Part shown: in pieces, positions 25,749 through 34,451 of the stretch
Layout: each line of letters starts with the position of its first letter
Position numbering within the stretch: the stretch's first letter is position 1
Assembly: GCA_945787575.1 (NCBI GenBank)
Contig: CALZKB010000002.1
Location: 12,262-76,261, forward strand
Direction of reading: 5' to 3'
Length of the DNA stretch: 64,000 bases
Source of the DNA: Thermoanaerobaculia bacterium
GTDB lineage: Bacteria; Acidobacteriota; Thermoanaerobaculia; Multivoradales; JAHEKO01
Translations under genes and position numbers: made by a program
The notes under the pieces: generated by a model
Database searches by the model: none
What the model was told of the DNA's origin: nothing
The model's input: only the letters and a program-made list of their open reading frames with translations

Positions 25749-26830
25749 ATGTGTCCCGCCTCGAGCAGGGTCCAGAGCACGACCTCGGTCTCGAGGGTCG
25801 AGATCGGGGAGATCTTGTGGATCGTTCCGATGTCGTACTGCCCGTTGATCCGGCTCAGAAGGAAGCCCGCTTGCGCCGAGATGTCGAGACTGGTCAGCTC
25901 CTCGAGACCCACGTTGAGTTGGGGAACGGCGCTCTGTTTCACGCCGCTCGCCTGAACCAGGGCTCGAATGTCATCCTCGATCTCGCGGGAGCGAGTCTGG
26001 ACCTCTTCATCGTCGGGATCGAGATTGCAGGCCGCCCGAACGTGGCGAAGGCTGGCGACGAGATCTCTTTCCATCAGCAGCGTGGTCGCGGCCTCGATCA
26101 GAGCCAGGGCGTCGATCGCGTCACCGTTCGACTGGTCGGCGTGGAGCTCCGGCGCGGCGCGAGGACGCACGACTTTGACGTGGTTCAGCTGCATCTGCTC
26201 CCAGAGGACCCGGCAGACGTAGAACTCGCTGGAGTGGGTCTCGAGCGCGATCTCCTCGATCGTCCGGTCGTCGTTGACGTACTTGAGCAGGTGCTCGGCT
26301 CCGGGATTGCCCTCGGGAACCACGAGATCGCCGACGGCCACCGGCACGTAGTGCTTGGATGGGATCGACTCACGGATCCGGATCCAATCGTCGAGTCGCT
26401 TGGCTCCGCGCAGCACGAGGGTCTGAACGTCGATCGAGATGGGAACCAGATCGAAAGCCGGCAGTTCGTCCTCCATGAACTGGAAGTCCGCCTCGGGCCA
26501 GGTGAAGATCTCGTAGATGCTCTCCTCCGCTTTCAACCGGAGCATGTTCTCGAGCTCGGTCTGCCCGATGGCGCCGATCGTCATCAGGATCTTGCCGAGC
26601 AGCATCCGGTTGCCCTCTTGCATCTCGATCGCCTTGGCGAGGGTCAGCTCGTCGAGAAAGCCGTGGCTCACCAGAAAGTGGCCGAGGTGCTCGGTTCGAT
26701 CGCTCGACGCGGAGGCGATGATCCGACCGTCCTTGAAGAAGACCTGCTTTTGAATCTCGCCGTTCGAGACGACGAGAGTTCCGGTCTTCTGTCCCCGAGC
26801 GAGCCACTGTAGGAGCTCGGGGAAGTCCAT
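25736..26830 (-). CDS. DUF4388 (PATAN-like) domain protein, paralogue 2
   Basis: MDFPELLQWLARGQKTGTLVVSNGEIQKQVFFKDGRIIAS. The following ~200 aa are collinear with paralogue 1 (HLGHFLVSHGFL.. / FYGQFLLARGYV.., EIFTWPEADFQF / DIFLWPRGVFFL). Confidence 0.7.
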   Translation of the reverse strand: MDFPELLQWLARGQKTGTLVVSNGEIQKQVFFKDGRIIASASSDRTEHLGHFLVSHGFLDELTLAKAIEMQEGNRMLLGKILMTIGAIGQTELENMLRLKAEESIYEIFTWPEADFQFMEDELPAFDLVPISIDVQTLVLRGAKRLDDWIRIRESIPSKHYVPVAVGDLVVPEGNPGAEHLLKYVNDDRTIEEIALETHSSEFYVCRVLWEQMQLNHVKVVRPRAAPELHADQSNGDAIDALALIEAATTLLMERDLVASLRHVRAACNLDPDDEEVQTRSREIEDDIRALVQASGVKQSAVPQLNVGLEELTSLDISAQAGFLLSRINGQYDIGTIHKISPISTLETEVVLWTLLEAGHIYLN

Positions 26831-26920
26831 CGAGTGAAGGCTTCCGGTCAGGCTCAGGGGCGGCCTCCGGGGCGCGGGCTGACCTTGCGCGGGCTGACGA
26901 CGGCGAGCATGTCTCCGAGG

Positions 26921-27409
26921 TCAGGCACGGGCGCGGGTCGTACCGGTCTGTCCCTGGTAGTGACTGTGGGAGCCTTCCTCACCATAGGCGACTTCGGGTT
27001 CGGATTCCATCTTGATGAAGATCAGCTGAGCGATCCGTCGGCCCGCTTCGAGGACGAACGGCTCGGGGCCGAGGTTCTGGAGCTCGAGAGTGATCTGGCC
27101 TTCGAAGCCCGGATCGCACCAGCCGGCCAGGGAGTGGTTGATCCAGAGTCGGCCCAGCGTCGACTTGAGCTTGAGGTCGCAGGCGACGGAGCGAGGTATG
27201 TTGACGTACTCGACGGTCGAAGCGAGCACCACTTCCCCGGGGAAGAGCTTGACGTGTCCGGACGTAAACTCTTCGGGGTCTCGCGTCGGGCAGATCCAGT
27301 GCGTGCCGACCCGCAGGTCGTAGCTCGCCGAGTTGACCTGCTCAGGCAAGAACGGCTGCACCCCGCCCTGCTCACCCCAACGCCGGATCCAGTGGTCGGG
27401 CATGATCAT
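26921..27409 (-). CDS. dcd: dCTP deaminase / dUTPase-superfamily protein (short form)
   Basis: SASYDLRVG, and GWCDPGFEGQITLELQNLG with RIAQLIF. Start ATG shares 1 nt with the glpX stop (TGATG). Confidence 0.75.
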   Translation of the reverse strand: MIMPDHWIRRWGEQGGVQPFLPEQVNSASYDLRVGTHWICPTRDPEEFTSGHVKLFPGEVVLASTVEYVNIPRSVACDLKLKSTLGRLWINHSLAGWCDPGFEGQITLELQNLGPEPFVLEAGRRIAQLIFIKMESEPEVAYGEEGSHSHYQGQTGTTRARA

Positions 27410-28389
27410 CAGAACATGACCGGCGTGGAGTCGTCCTCTTTGCGGATCGTGTCGACGAATCGGATCGTGCCTTCCGCGAGAGACATGTAGAGAGAAGAGG
27501 TGCGCGTGCCTCCACCGTAGAACCGCACGCCTTCCATCAGCCGGTCCCCGGTCACCGCACTGCTCGAAAGGACGATGTCCTGGCCGGGTGCGAGCTCTTC
27601 GGTCGAGTAGAGCCTGTCGACGTCATCGATTCCGACCTCGGCAACCCGCTTCTGCTGCCCTTCGTCGAGCGGTGTCAGCCGAGCCTGGATCTCGCCGCCG
27701 AGGCAGCGCATGGCAGCTGCTGTGATCACCCCTTCCGGCGCCCCGCCGATTCCCATCACGGAATGGATGCCGGTGCCGCGTACAGCCGCGGCGATCCCCG
27801 CCGAAAGGTCGCCGTCTCCGATCAACCGAATGCGAGCGCCGGCCTTCCGGATGTCCGCGATCAACCGCTCGTGACGTTCACGGTCGAGAACGACGATCGT
27901 CAGATCGTCGATGTCGCGCTGAAAGGCCCGAGCGATGTTGCGCAGGTTCTCGGGCACCGGTGCGTCGAGCTGCACGCTCCCCTTGGCGGTCGGGCCGACG
28001 ACGATCTTGTCCATGTAGATGTCGGGCGCGTGGAGCAATCCGCCGCGCTCCGCAGCCGCGAGGATGGCGACGGCGCCGGGATCGCCGGTGGCACACAGAT
28101 TCGTCCCTTCGAGTGGATCGACGGCGATGTCGACACCCGGTAGATCAGGGGAATCTCTCAGGCCGAGCTCCTCTCCGACGAAGAGCATGGGGGCCTCGTC
28201 GCGCTCCCCCTCGCCGATGACGATCCGACCGTTCATCGGCAAGCGGTCGAGTGTCTGGCGCATCGCCTCGACGGCCACGTGATCCGAATACGTGCGGCGG
28301 CCCAGCCCCATAGTGCGGGCGGCGGCGATGGCGGCCTCTTCGGTGACCCGGAGCAGATCCTGTCCGAGCAGGGCGTGGATGGATGTCAA
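27409..28389 (-). CDS. glpX: Fructose-1,6-bisphosphatase class II
   Basis: [54 protein letters not shown] start at 28389 gives 326 aa and overlaps the upstream stop (TTGA). The track's 493-aa ORF is an artefactual extension. Confidence 0.85.
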   Translation of the reverse strand: MTSIHALLGQDLLRVTEEAAIAAARTMGLGRRTYSDHVAVEAMRQTLDRLPMNGRIVIGEGERDEAPMLFVGEELGLRDSPDLPGVDIAVDPLEGTNLCATGDPGAVAILAAAERGGLLHAPDIYMDKIVVGPTAKGSVQLDAPVPENLRNIARAFQRDIDDLTIVVLDRERHERLIADIRKAGARIRLIGDGDLSAGIAAAVRGTGIHSVMGIGGAPEGVITAAAMRCLGGEIQARLTPLDEGQQKRVAEVGIDDVDRLYSTEELAPGQDIVLSSSAVTGDRLMEGVRFYGGGTRTSSLYMSLAEGTIRFVDTIRKEDDSTPVMF

Positions 28390-29612
28390 GAAGCGGTCTC
28401 CACCGGCTGCGGCCGATCGGTCTTGGCTTCGCTCTTGATCGGGGGGTTGAAGGACGAGATCCCGGTGATCGCCTCGCCGATGATCAGGTTGTGCATGTCG
28501 TGGGTACCCTCGTAGGTGTACACCGACTCGATGTTCATCATGTGCCGGATCACCGGATAGTCGTTCACGATGCCGTTGCCGCCCAGGAGCTCTCGCGCGA
28601 GCTTGGCGCACTCCCGTGCCACCCACACATTGTTGCGCTTGCCGAGCGAGATGTGAAAGTGCTTGGCGCGACCTTCGTCCTTCAGCCTTCCGATCTGGAG
28701 CGCCAGAAGCTGTCCCTTGGTGATCTCGCTCACCATCCAGACCAGCTTGTCCTGGACGAGCTGGTGGCAGGCGATCGGTTCGCCACCGAACTGGATTCGC
28801 TGTCCGGCGTAGGTCAATGCCGTGTGGTAACAGTCCATCGCGGCGCCGAGTCCACCCCAGGAAATGCCGTAGCGAGCCTGATTGAGGCACATGAGCGGGC
28901 TCTTGAGACCGGACGCTTTCGGGAGCATGTTGGCGGCCGGTATCCGGCAGTCTTGAAAGCCGAGCTCGGAGGTGACCGAGGCACGAAGCGACAGCTTGCC
29001 GTGCTGGTCCCTAGAGGTGAATCCGGGCGTCCCCTTTTCGACGAGGAACCCGCGGATGCCGTCGTCGGTGCGAGCCCAGACGACCGCCACGTCAGCCAGG
29101 GTACCGCTGGTGATCCACTGCTTGGCGCCGTTCAGCACCCAGCTATCGCCGTCGCGGCGCGCGGTGGTCCTCATCGCGCCCGGATTCGAGCCGAAGTCGG
29201 GCTCGGTCAGTCCGAAGCAACCGATCGCCTCGCCGGACGCTAGTTTGGGGATCCAACGGTCGCGCTGCTCCGCGGAGCCGAAGGTGTAGATCGGATACAT
29301 GACGAGCGCGCTCTGGACCGACACGAAGCTCCGCAGCCCGGAATCGCCGCGCTCGAGCTCCTGCATGATGAGCCCATAAGCGACGTTGGACAGGCCGGGA
29401 AGGCCGTACTCGCCGATCGTCGCGCCGAACAAGTCGAGCTCGGCCATCTCGGGGACGAGCTCGATCGGAAAGCGTTCTTCTTCGAAGCACTCCTCGATGA
29501 TCGGACAGATTCTGTCGTCGACGAACCGGCGGACAGTGTCTCGAGCCAACCGTTCTTCTTCGGTCAGCAGAGAATCGAATTCCAAGAAATCAACACCCGG
29601 GAAACGGCTCAC
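28386..29612 (-). CDS. gcdH: Glutaryl-CoA dehydrogenase-type acyl-CoA dehydrogenase
   Basis: [49 protein letters not shown] (GCDH-like C-terminus). GTG at 29612 sits 6 nt after GGAGG. The 806-aa track ORF extension is an artefact. Confidence 0.8.
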   Translation of the reverse strand: MSRFPGVDFLEFDSLLTEEERLARDTVRRFVDDRICPIIEECFEEERFPIELVPEMAELDLFGATIGEYGLPGLSNVAYGLIMQELERGDSGLRSFVSVQSALVMYPIYTFGSAEQRDRWIPKLASGEAIGCFGLTEPDFGSNPGAMRTTARRDGDSWVLNGAKQWITSGTLADVAVVWARTDDGIRGFLVEKGTPGFTSRDQHGKLSLRASVTSELGFQDCRIPAANMLPKASGLKSPLMCLNQARYGISWGGLGAAMDCYHTALTYAGQRIQFGGEPIACHQLVQDKLVWMVSEITKGQLLALQIGRLKDEGRAKHFHISLGKRNNVWVARECAKLARELLGGNGIVNDYPVIRHMMNIESVYTYEGTHDMHNLIIGEAITGISSFNPPIKSEAKTDRPQPVETAS

Positions 29613-29744
29613 GGGAGACCTCCTCGACGTTGGGAAGGCTGGCGCGGGGCAACGCTCGGACAGGGCCGGGCGGGCGCAAATGTTAGCACGCGGGAAGGTG
29701 GCTCCTACGGCCGTTGCGACTCCTTCGAGCGCACCGACCGGGGC

Positions 29745-30032
29745 GTGGAGTATCATTTCCGCCGTATGGCATTCCCGGGTGGCAGCGCCTGGGCGATGGC
29801 CCGCGACATCTGTGCCGGCCACGTCCTCGTCAACGAGCGGACCTTCAGGCGGATGCGTGTGAGCGAGGTGGACAAGGTAAGGTTCGAGATGAATCGTCTG
29901 TTGACGAGCATCCGCGGCAGCCAACCGAGCCTCGATGACATCGAAGCGCTGCGCGACCGCAACCGGCAGATTCAGAAGATCGTCAGTGCCCTGCGAGTTC
30001 TCGACTTTCACTTGCAGGCGACCCGCAAATAG
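29745..30032 (+). CDS. Hypothetical small protein, possible first gene of the CPBP-rsbW-rsbV operon
   Basis: The ORF ends 9 nt before the CPBP gene start. A C-terminal predicted helical segment reads ...EVDKVRFEMNRLLTSIRGSQPSLDDIEALRDRNRQIQKIVSAL. Several candidate ATG starts exist (29745, 29766, 29796, 29850). Confidence 0.3.
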   Translation: MEYHFRRMAFPGGSAWAMARDICAGHVLVNERTFRRMRVSEVDKVRFEMNRLLTSIRGSQPSLDDIEALRDRNRQIQKIVSALRVLDFHLQATRK

Positions 30033-30041
30033 CCGCGCTCG

Positions 30042-30914
30042 ATGTCGACACTCCTGTTCCTGACGGTCCTGCTCGGCCTCGGAGGCGCCGTCGCGATCGA
30101 CTGGCTGTCGCACCGGGCGGAACTCACTCCACCGGGCTTCGGCGTCGCGCCGGGAGCCGACGCTCGCGCCGGGTGGGCGATCGCCCGGCGGGCTTGCGCC
30201 ATCGTCCTGATGGCCGTGGTCTTGTGGGTGGGCGTTTTCGGTGCCCTCGCCACCCTCGGTGGCGGGCCGGCGACGGATTTCTCGGACGTTGGGATCGGTG
30301 CGCTGTTCGTCCTTCACCTCGTCTTTGCCGTCGCCCTGGTCTGCTGGTACCTGTTGGGTTTCGGCGGATTCCCGGGTTACTCCTGGAGCCGGCAGTTCGG
30401 TCTCGCTACCCCGTCGATACTTCGCGAGATCGGGGTCGGCTTGGCCGCCGGCGTTGTCGCCTGGCTCGGGGTGATCGCCGTTCTCCTCGTCGTGGGTCTC
30501 GCGATGGTCTGGGTGGGTGGCCCCGACTCGATACCGCGACAACCGCCGGCGATGATCCCGTGGATCGCCTCCCTGCCAATCCTCGCCCGGGTCGCGGTCA
30601 GCCTCTCCGCCGGGATGTTCGAAGAGCTGTTCTTCCGCGGTTTCCTTCAGCCCCGAATCGGGATCGCCCTCTCGACGCTCTTCTTCGTGCTCGCTCACGC
30701 CAACTACGAGCAGCCGTTCATGCTCCTGGGGATCGGTCTGCTCTCCCTCATCTTCGCCTGGCTCGTGCGTTGGCGCCAGAACATTTGGCCGGCGATCGCG
30801 GCGCACGCGCTGTTCGACGCCATCCAGCTGCTGGCCGTGGTGCCGATCGCACTCGAGATCATCGAACAGGGCGGCTCGACCTCCTGGCTACCGGTCGCCC
30901 GGCTGGGGATGTGA
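30042..30914 (+). CDS. CPBP-family intramembrane glutamic endopeptidase (CAAX protease/Abi family)
   Basis: Multi-TM protein with SAGMFEELFFRGFLQ (EExxxR), FVLAHANY (FxxxH) and AAHALFDA (HxxxD/N). Confidence 0.8.
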   Translation: MSTLLFLTVLLGLGGAVAIDWLSHRAELTPPGFGVAPGADARAGWAIARRACAIVLMAVVLWVGVFGALATLGGGPATDFSDVGIGALFVLHLVFAVALVCWYLLGFGGFPGYSWSRQFGLATPSILREIGVGLAAGVVAWLGVIAVLLVVGLAMVWVGGPDSIPRQPPAMIPWIASLPILARVAVSLSAGMFEELFFRGFLQPRIGIALSTLFFVLAHANYEQPFMLLGIGLLSLIFAWLVRWRQNIWPAIAAHALFDAIQLLAVVPIALEIIEQGGSTSWLPVARLGM

Positions 30915-31372
30915 TGATCGTCCCCCAGCCCGAGGTCCTCGTCGCCATCAGCAGCAAATACGAGAACATAGAGTTCGTCCAGACGGCGATCGAGGCTTCG
31001 CTCTTCCTGCTGGCGCTCGACGAGGAGACCTCTTTTCAAATCGGACTCGCGGTGAGGGAAGCGGTCGCCAATGCCATCGAGCACGGCAACAGCGAGGATG
31101 CCGACAAGCGAGTCGAGGTTCGCTGCCGCTGCGAGAACGAGAGGGTCGTCGTCCAAGTCAGGGACGAGGGGGAAGGGTTCGACCTCGAGAACGTCCCCGA
31201 TCCCCTGGAACCGAACAACCTACTCAACACCAGCGGGCGCGGGATCTTGTTCATGAATGAGTTCATGGACGAGATCGACTACACCTTTGGGGCGGACGGA
31301 GGTACGATGGTGACAATGAAAAAGTCCATCACGCTGGCGCCGAAGGTGGCGCGGCCGATCGAGGAGGAGTAG
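30914..31372 (+). CDS. Anti-sigma-factor-type serine kinase (RsbW/SpoIIAB-like HATPase)
   Basis: AVREAVANAIEHGN (N-box), VRDEGEGF (G1), TSGRGILFMNEFMDE (G2). ATG at 30914 overlaps the CPBP stop (TGATG). Confidence 0.8.
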   Translation: MIVPQPEVLVAISSKYENIEFVQTAIEASLFLLALDEETSFQIGLAVREAVANAIEHGNSEDADKRVEVRCRCENERVVVQVRDEGEGFDLENVPDPLEPNNLLNTSGRGILFMNEFMDEIDYTFGADGGTMVTMKKSITLAPKVARPIEEE

Positions 31373-31375
31373 ACC

Positions 31376-31711
31376 ATGAAGATCAGTGCGCGTCATCGCG
31401 AAGGGGTCACGGTCCTGGACCCGAAGGGGAAGATCACAATCGGAGCGGGTGATGTGGCGCTGCGAGAGGCGGTCGGCGAGGCTCTGGTAGCCGGCTCGAG
31501 CAAGATCCTGATCAACCTGAGGGGAGTTTCGACCTGTGACTCTTCGGGCATCGGCGAGATGGTCGCCGCCTACACGACGGTCAAGAACCGCGGAGGGGAG
31601 CTGAAGCTGTGCGCGCTGCCGGCGAAGGTGTCGGACGTTCTCCAGATCACCCAGCTGATCACCGTGTTCGAGATCTACGACAGCGAGGACGAGGCGATCG
31701 CCTCGTTCTAG
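31376..31711 (+). CDS. STAS-domain anti-sigma-factor antagonist (RsbV/SpoIIAA-like)
   Basis: 111 aa. The conserved phosphorylatable-serine context is present: LRGVSTCDSSGIGEMV...L. Confidence 0.85.
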   Translation: MKISARHREGVTVLDPKGKITIGAGDVALREAVGEALVAGSSKILINLRGVSTCDSSGIGEMVAAYTTVKNRGGELKLCALPAKVSDVLQITQLITVFEIYDSEDEAIASF

Positions 31712-33270
31712 TCGAGATCCGGAGCCGGCCAGCCGGCCCTCTTCAGGCTGTAGAGCTCGCCGCTCAGGTAGTTCTCGTACCCCTCGAGGGTCGCGGGCAT
31801 CACCGCCACGTTCATTCTGCTAAGCAGACTGATGAACGGGACTTGGGAGGCGAAAACCTCTTGTGCCCTGAGGTAATGCGGAAGGCGCTCGGCGGGGTCG
31901 ACCGCCGCCGCGCCGAGCTCGATCGCCCGATCGAAGCGGGCGTCGACGAAGCCGCCGCGGTTGAATCCTCCCGGCGGGATACTCCTGGAGTGAAGCATCA
32001 GCGCGAAGATGTCGGGGTCGACGATTCCGGTCTGGGTCAGGCTGAAGAGCTGGAAGTTCCCCTGCTTGACGTCGTTGTAGAAGGTCGCGAACTCGAACGA
32101 ACGGACCTCGATCGCAATCCCCACGGCGGCGAGCATCGACTGGATCACCTGGGCCTGGAGAACGCTGGTCTCGTCGGTGGACGTCTTATAGGTGAGGGTG
32201 AAGCGGGAGGCCGGACCGTTGCCGTCGGGATCGGGGTAGCCGGCGTCGTCCAAGAGGATCCGGGCGGCGGGCGGGTCGAACGGTGCGAGAGGAAGCTCGG
32301 AGTGGTGTGCCCAGTGGCCCGCCGGGATCGGCGTGTCGCCGACGATCCCGAGGCCCTGCCAGAGCGAGTCGACGATGCGCTGGCGGTCGATCGCCAGCCG
32401 CATGGCTCGTCGCACCCTGACGTCCGCAAGCGGTCTCTCTCGAAGGTTGATCCCGATGTATTTCCAGTTGGATCCCGGGTCGATCACCACCCGGAAGCGG
32501 TCGTCGTCGCGAAAGTCCGAGATTACGTCGGGGGCGAGGCCATTGACGACCAGGTGGGTCGATCCCTTACGAAGCTCGAGCTCGCGGACCGTGGCGTCAG
32601 GGACCTGTTTGAGGACGACTCGGTCGAGTCCGGGCTCCCCCTCCCACGCTTCGTCGTGAGCCTCCAGCACGACGCGGTCGGGCGTCTTCTCAACGAACCG
32701 GAACGGTCCGGTCCCGACCGGGTGGCGGTTCATCGTTTCGGGATCCTCGCCCGCCGGGATGATGCCGAGGTAGGTCGTCAGATTCACGAGCATCGCCCCG
32801 TAGGACTCTCGCATGTGGAAGTCGACGACGTGATCGTCGATCTTCTCCACCCGTCCGAGTTGGGCGAAAGCACCGGTCTTGGGAGTGGTGACCGTGCCGT
32901 CGAGCATCGTCTGGAAAGTCCAGACGACGTCGTCGGCCGAGAACGGCCGGCCGTCGTGAAAGCGGACGTCGGGCCTGAGGTAGAAGCGATATCGCAGCCC
33001 GTCGTCGAGGATCTCCCAGGAGTCGGCCAACGAGGGACCGAGATCCCCACTGGGCTGCATCTCGACCAGCCCGTTGAGCATGAGCTCGAAGACGCGAGCC
33101 GAGCTCTGATCGGTGGCGACTCTCGGATCGAGATGGATAGGTGGGTTCTCCAGCGCCACGACCACCTCATTGGGTGGAGTCGGAGGCGCGCCGCCGCAGG
33201 CCGGCAGCGAGGCCAGGAGAGCGCCGAGAGCGGCCGAACGCCAGTCGTTTCGCTTGGTTACGATCTTCAA
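31708..33270 (-). CDS. ABC transporter substrate-binding lipoprotein, family 5 (peptide/nickel type), orphan
   Basis: Lipoprotein signal ...LGALLASLPACGG. Family-5 SBP blocks: LDPRVATDQSS, FHDGRPFSADDVVWTF, PVGTGPFRFVE. No permease or ATPase genes adjacent. Confidence 0.8.
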   Translation of the reverse strand: MKIVTKRNDWRSAALGALLASLPACGGAPPTPPNEVVVALENPPIHLDPRVATDQSSARVFELMLNGLVEMQPSGDLGPSLADSWEILDDGLRYRFYLRPDVRFHDGRPFSADDVVWTFQTMLDGTVTTPKTGAFAQLGRVEKIDDHVVDFHMRESYGAMLVNLTTYLGIIPAGEDPETMNRHPVGTGPFRFVEKTPDRVVLEAHDEAWEGEPGLDRVVLKQVPDATVRELELRKGSTHLVVNGLAPDVISDFRDDDRFRVVIDPGSNWKYIGINLRERPLADVRVRRAMRLAIDRQRIVDSLWQGLGIVGDTPIPAGHWAHHSELPLAPFDPPAARILLDDAGYPDPDGNGPASRFTLTYKTSTDETSVLQAQVIQSMLAAVGIAIEVRSFEFATFYNDVKQGNFQLFSLTQTGIVDPDIFALMLHSRSIPPGGFNRGGFVDARFDRAIELGAAAVDPAERLPHYLRAQEVFASQVPFISLLSRMNVAVMPATLEGYENYLSGELYSLKRAGWPAPDLD

Positions 33271-33311
33271 AGTGGAGTCGCCGCTCGCCGCCGGAGCGGG
33301 GATGTTACCAG

Positions 33312-34451
33312 GTGAGTCGGCGAGGGCGATCGTCCCGCGCCGCCGAGCGGTGGCTGGCGCTCCCCCTGGCGGTCCTCCTCACCACGGCGCTGAGCGCACA
33401 GGAAGGACCAGCGAATCGGGAGTCGGATCTCGCCGCGATCCGAGTGAGAGTGGGAGAGCTCGAGCGGCGCCTCGAGGACGTACGACGGCGCAAGCAGGGG
33501 CTCGTCGGCGACCTCGTGGAAGCCGACTACGAGATGCGGTTGCAGAAGGAGAAAGTAGCGGAAGCGGCTCGCCAGCTGCAAGAGGCGCGGTCGAGACTCG
33601 AAGCGGTCGAGCAGGAGACCGGAGCGCTCGAACACCGCCTGCAGCAAGTGCGGACCGCCGTGGCGCAACGAGTGAGCGGCCTCTACCAGCTGGGAGGACG
33701 AGGTCCGGTGCGGTTCTTGATGTCGGTGCGAACGAACGACGACCTGTTGTCGGCGATCCGAGCGCTGCGTTACTTGATCCGCCGCGACGTCGAGCTTCGA
33801 AGGTTGCTCAATGAGACCGAGCTCGAGCTGCGGCGCCGGCTAACGGCGTTGAGGGCCCAGCGGGAGAGGGTCGCCGAACTGGTCGAAAGGGAGACCGGCC
33901 GTCTCGCCGAGCTCGGTCGGCTCCGGCGTCGGCGGGCACAGCTGCTTGCGGAGGTCGAACGGACGGAGGAGCTCGCCGCGGCCGAGGTGGCGAGCTGGTC
34001 GGACCGAGAACGGAAGCTCGGTGAGCTGATCGCCGGTTTGGGCAGTGGCGCCGGAGCGCTCGCCGGGAGGAAAATCCAGGATTTCCGGGGTGCCCTAGAC
34101 CGGCCGATGACCGGCACGGTCGTCCGCGGCTTCGGTCCGCGCCGCGACCCCCGCTATCGAACCCTCGTCCCCCACAACGGACTGCGATACTCGGGACTAC
34201 CGCGCGAGCGGGTGCGGGTGATCTACCCGGGCCGGGTGCTCTACGCGGAGGCGCTCGAAGGCTACGGCCCGACGGTGGTCGTCCTCCACTCCGGCAAGGT
34301 CTTCACCCTCTATGCCGGCCTCGCCGACGTCTTCGTTCGGCGGGATGAGTTACTATCCATCGGCCAGGAGGTCGGCGTCGCCGACGGAGCTCTCTACTTC
34401 GAGGTTCGCGTCGAGAATCGGCCGGTCGATCCAGAGCGGTGGATACGATGA
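33312..34451 (+). CDS. EnvC-like murein hydrolase activator (coiled coil + degenerate LytM/M23 domain)
   Basis: GTG 33312 gives signal MSRRGRSSRAAERWLALPLAVLLTTALSAQE, then ~230 aa of coiled coil. The C-terminal LytM-like domain has metal ligands altered: PHNGLRYSG (HxxxD -> HxxxR) and ALYFEVR (HxH -> AxY). Confidence 0.75.
   Translation: MSRRGRSSRAAERWLALPLAVLLTTALSAQEGPANRESDLAAIRVRVGELERRLEDVRRRKQGLVGDLVEADYEMRLQKEKVAEAARQLQEARSRLEAVEQETGALEHRLQQVRTAVAQRVSGLYQLGGRGPVRFLMSVRTNDDLLSAIRALRYLIRRDVELRRLLNETELELRRRLTALRAQRERVAELVERETGRLAELGRLRRRRAQLLAEVERTEELAAAEVASWSDRERKLGELIAGLGSGAGALAGRKIQDFRGALDRPMTGTVVRGFGPRRDPRYRTLVPHNGLRYSGLPRERVRVIYPGRVLYAEALEGYGPTVVVLHSGKVFTLYAGLADVFVRRDELLSIGQEVGVADGALYFEVRVENRPVDPERWIR

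Noticed and set aside
28390-28890. N-terminal extensions of track ORFs. Affected ORFs: 27409..28890, 28386..30806, 13683..14780, 20021..21580, 21396..23054, 33141..34451, 45800..47374, 59569..60909 and 61368..62651.
   Set aside because: The extensions overlap the upstream gene in another frame, lack family similarity, and internal starts give normal-length proteins with RBS or overlap signals.
31708-31711. Convergent STAS and SBP genes overlapping by 4 nt, with both stop codons inside one CTAG palindrome
   Set aside because: The observation is real but trivial: a palindromic stop overlap is an expected occasional outcome in compact genomes. No functional implication can be argued from the sequence.
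31609-33315. 568-aa plus-strand ORF antisense to the substrate-binding protein gene. Similar cases are 21564..23018(-), 36784..38691(+), 37109..38173(-), 41843..43036(-), 42142..43452(+), 50682..51983(-) and 59740..60873(-).
   Set aside because: All overlap genes with clear family signatures on the other strand or frame, and all have biased Arg/Gly/Pro/Asp composition. I treat them as high-GC artefacts.
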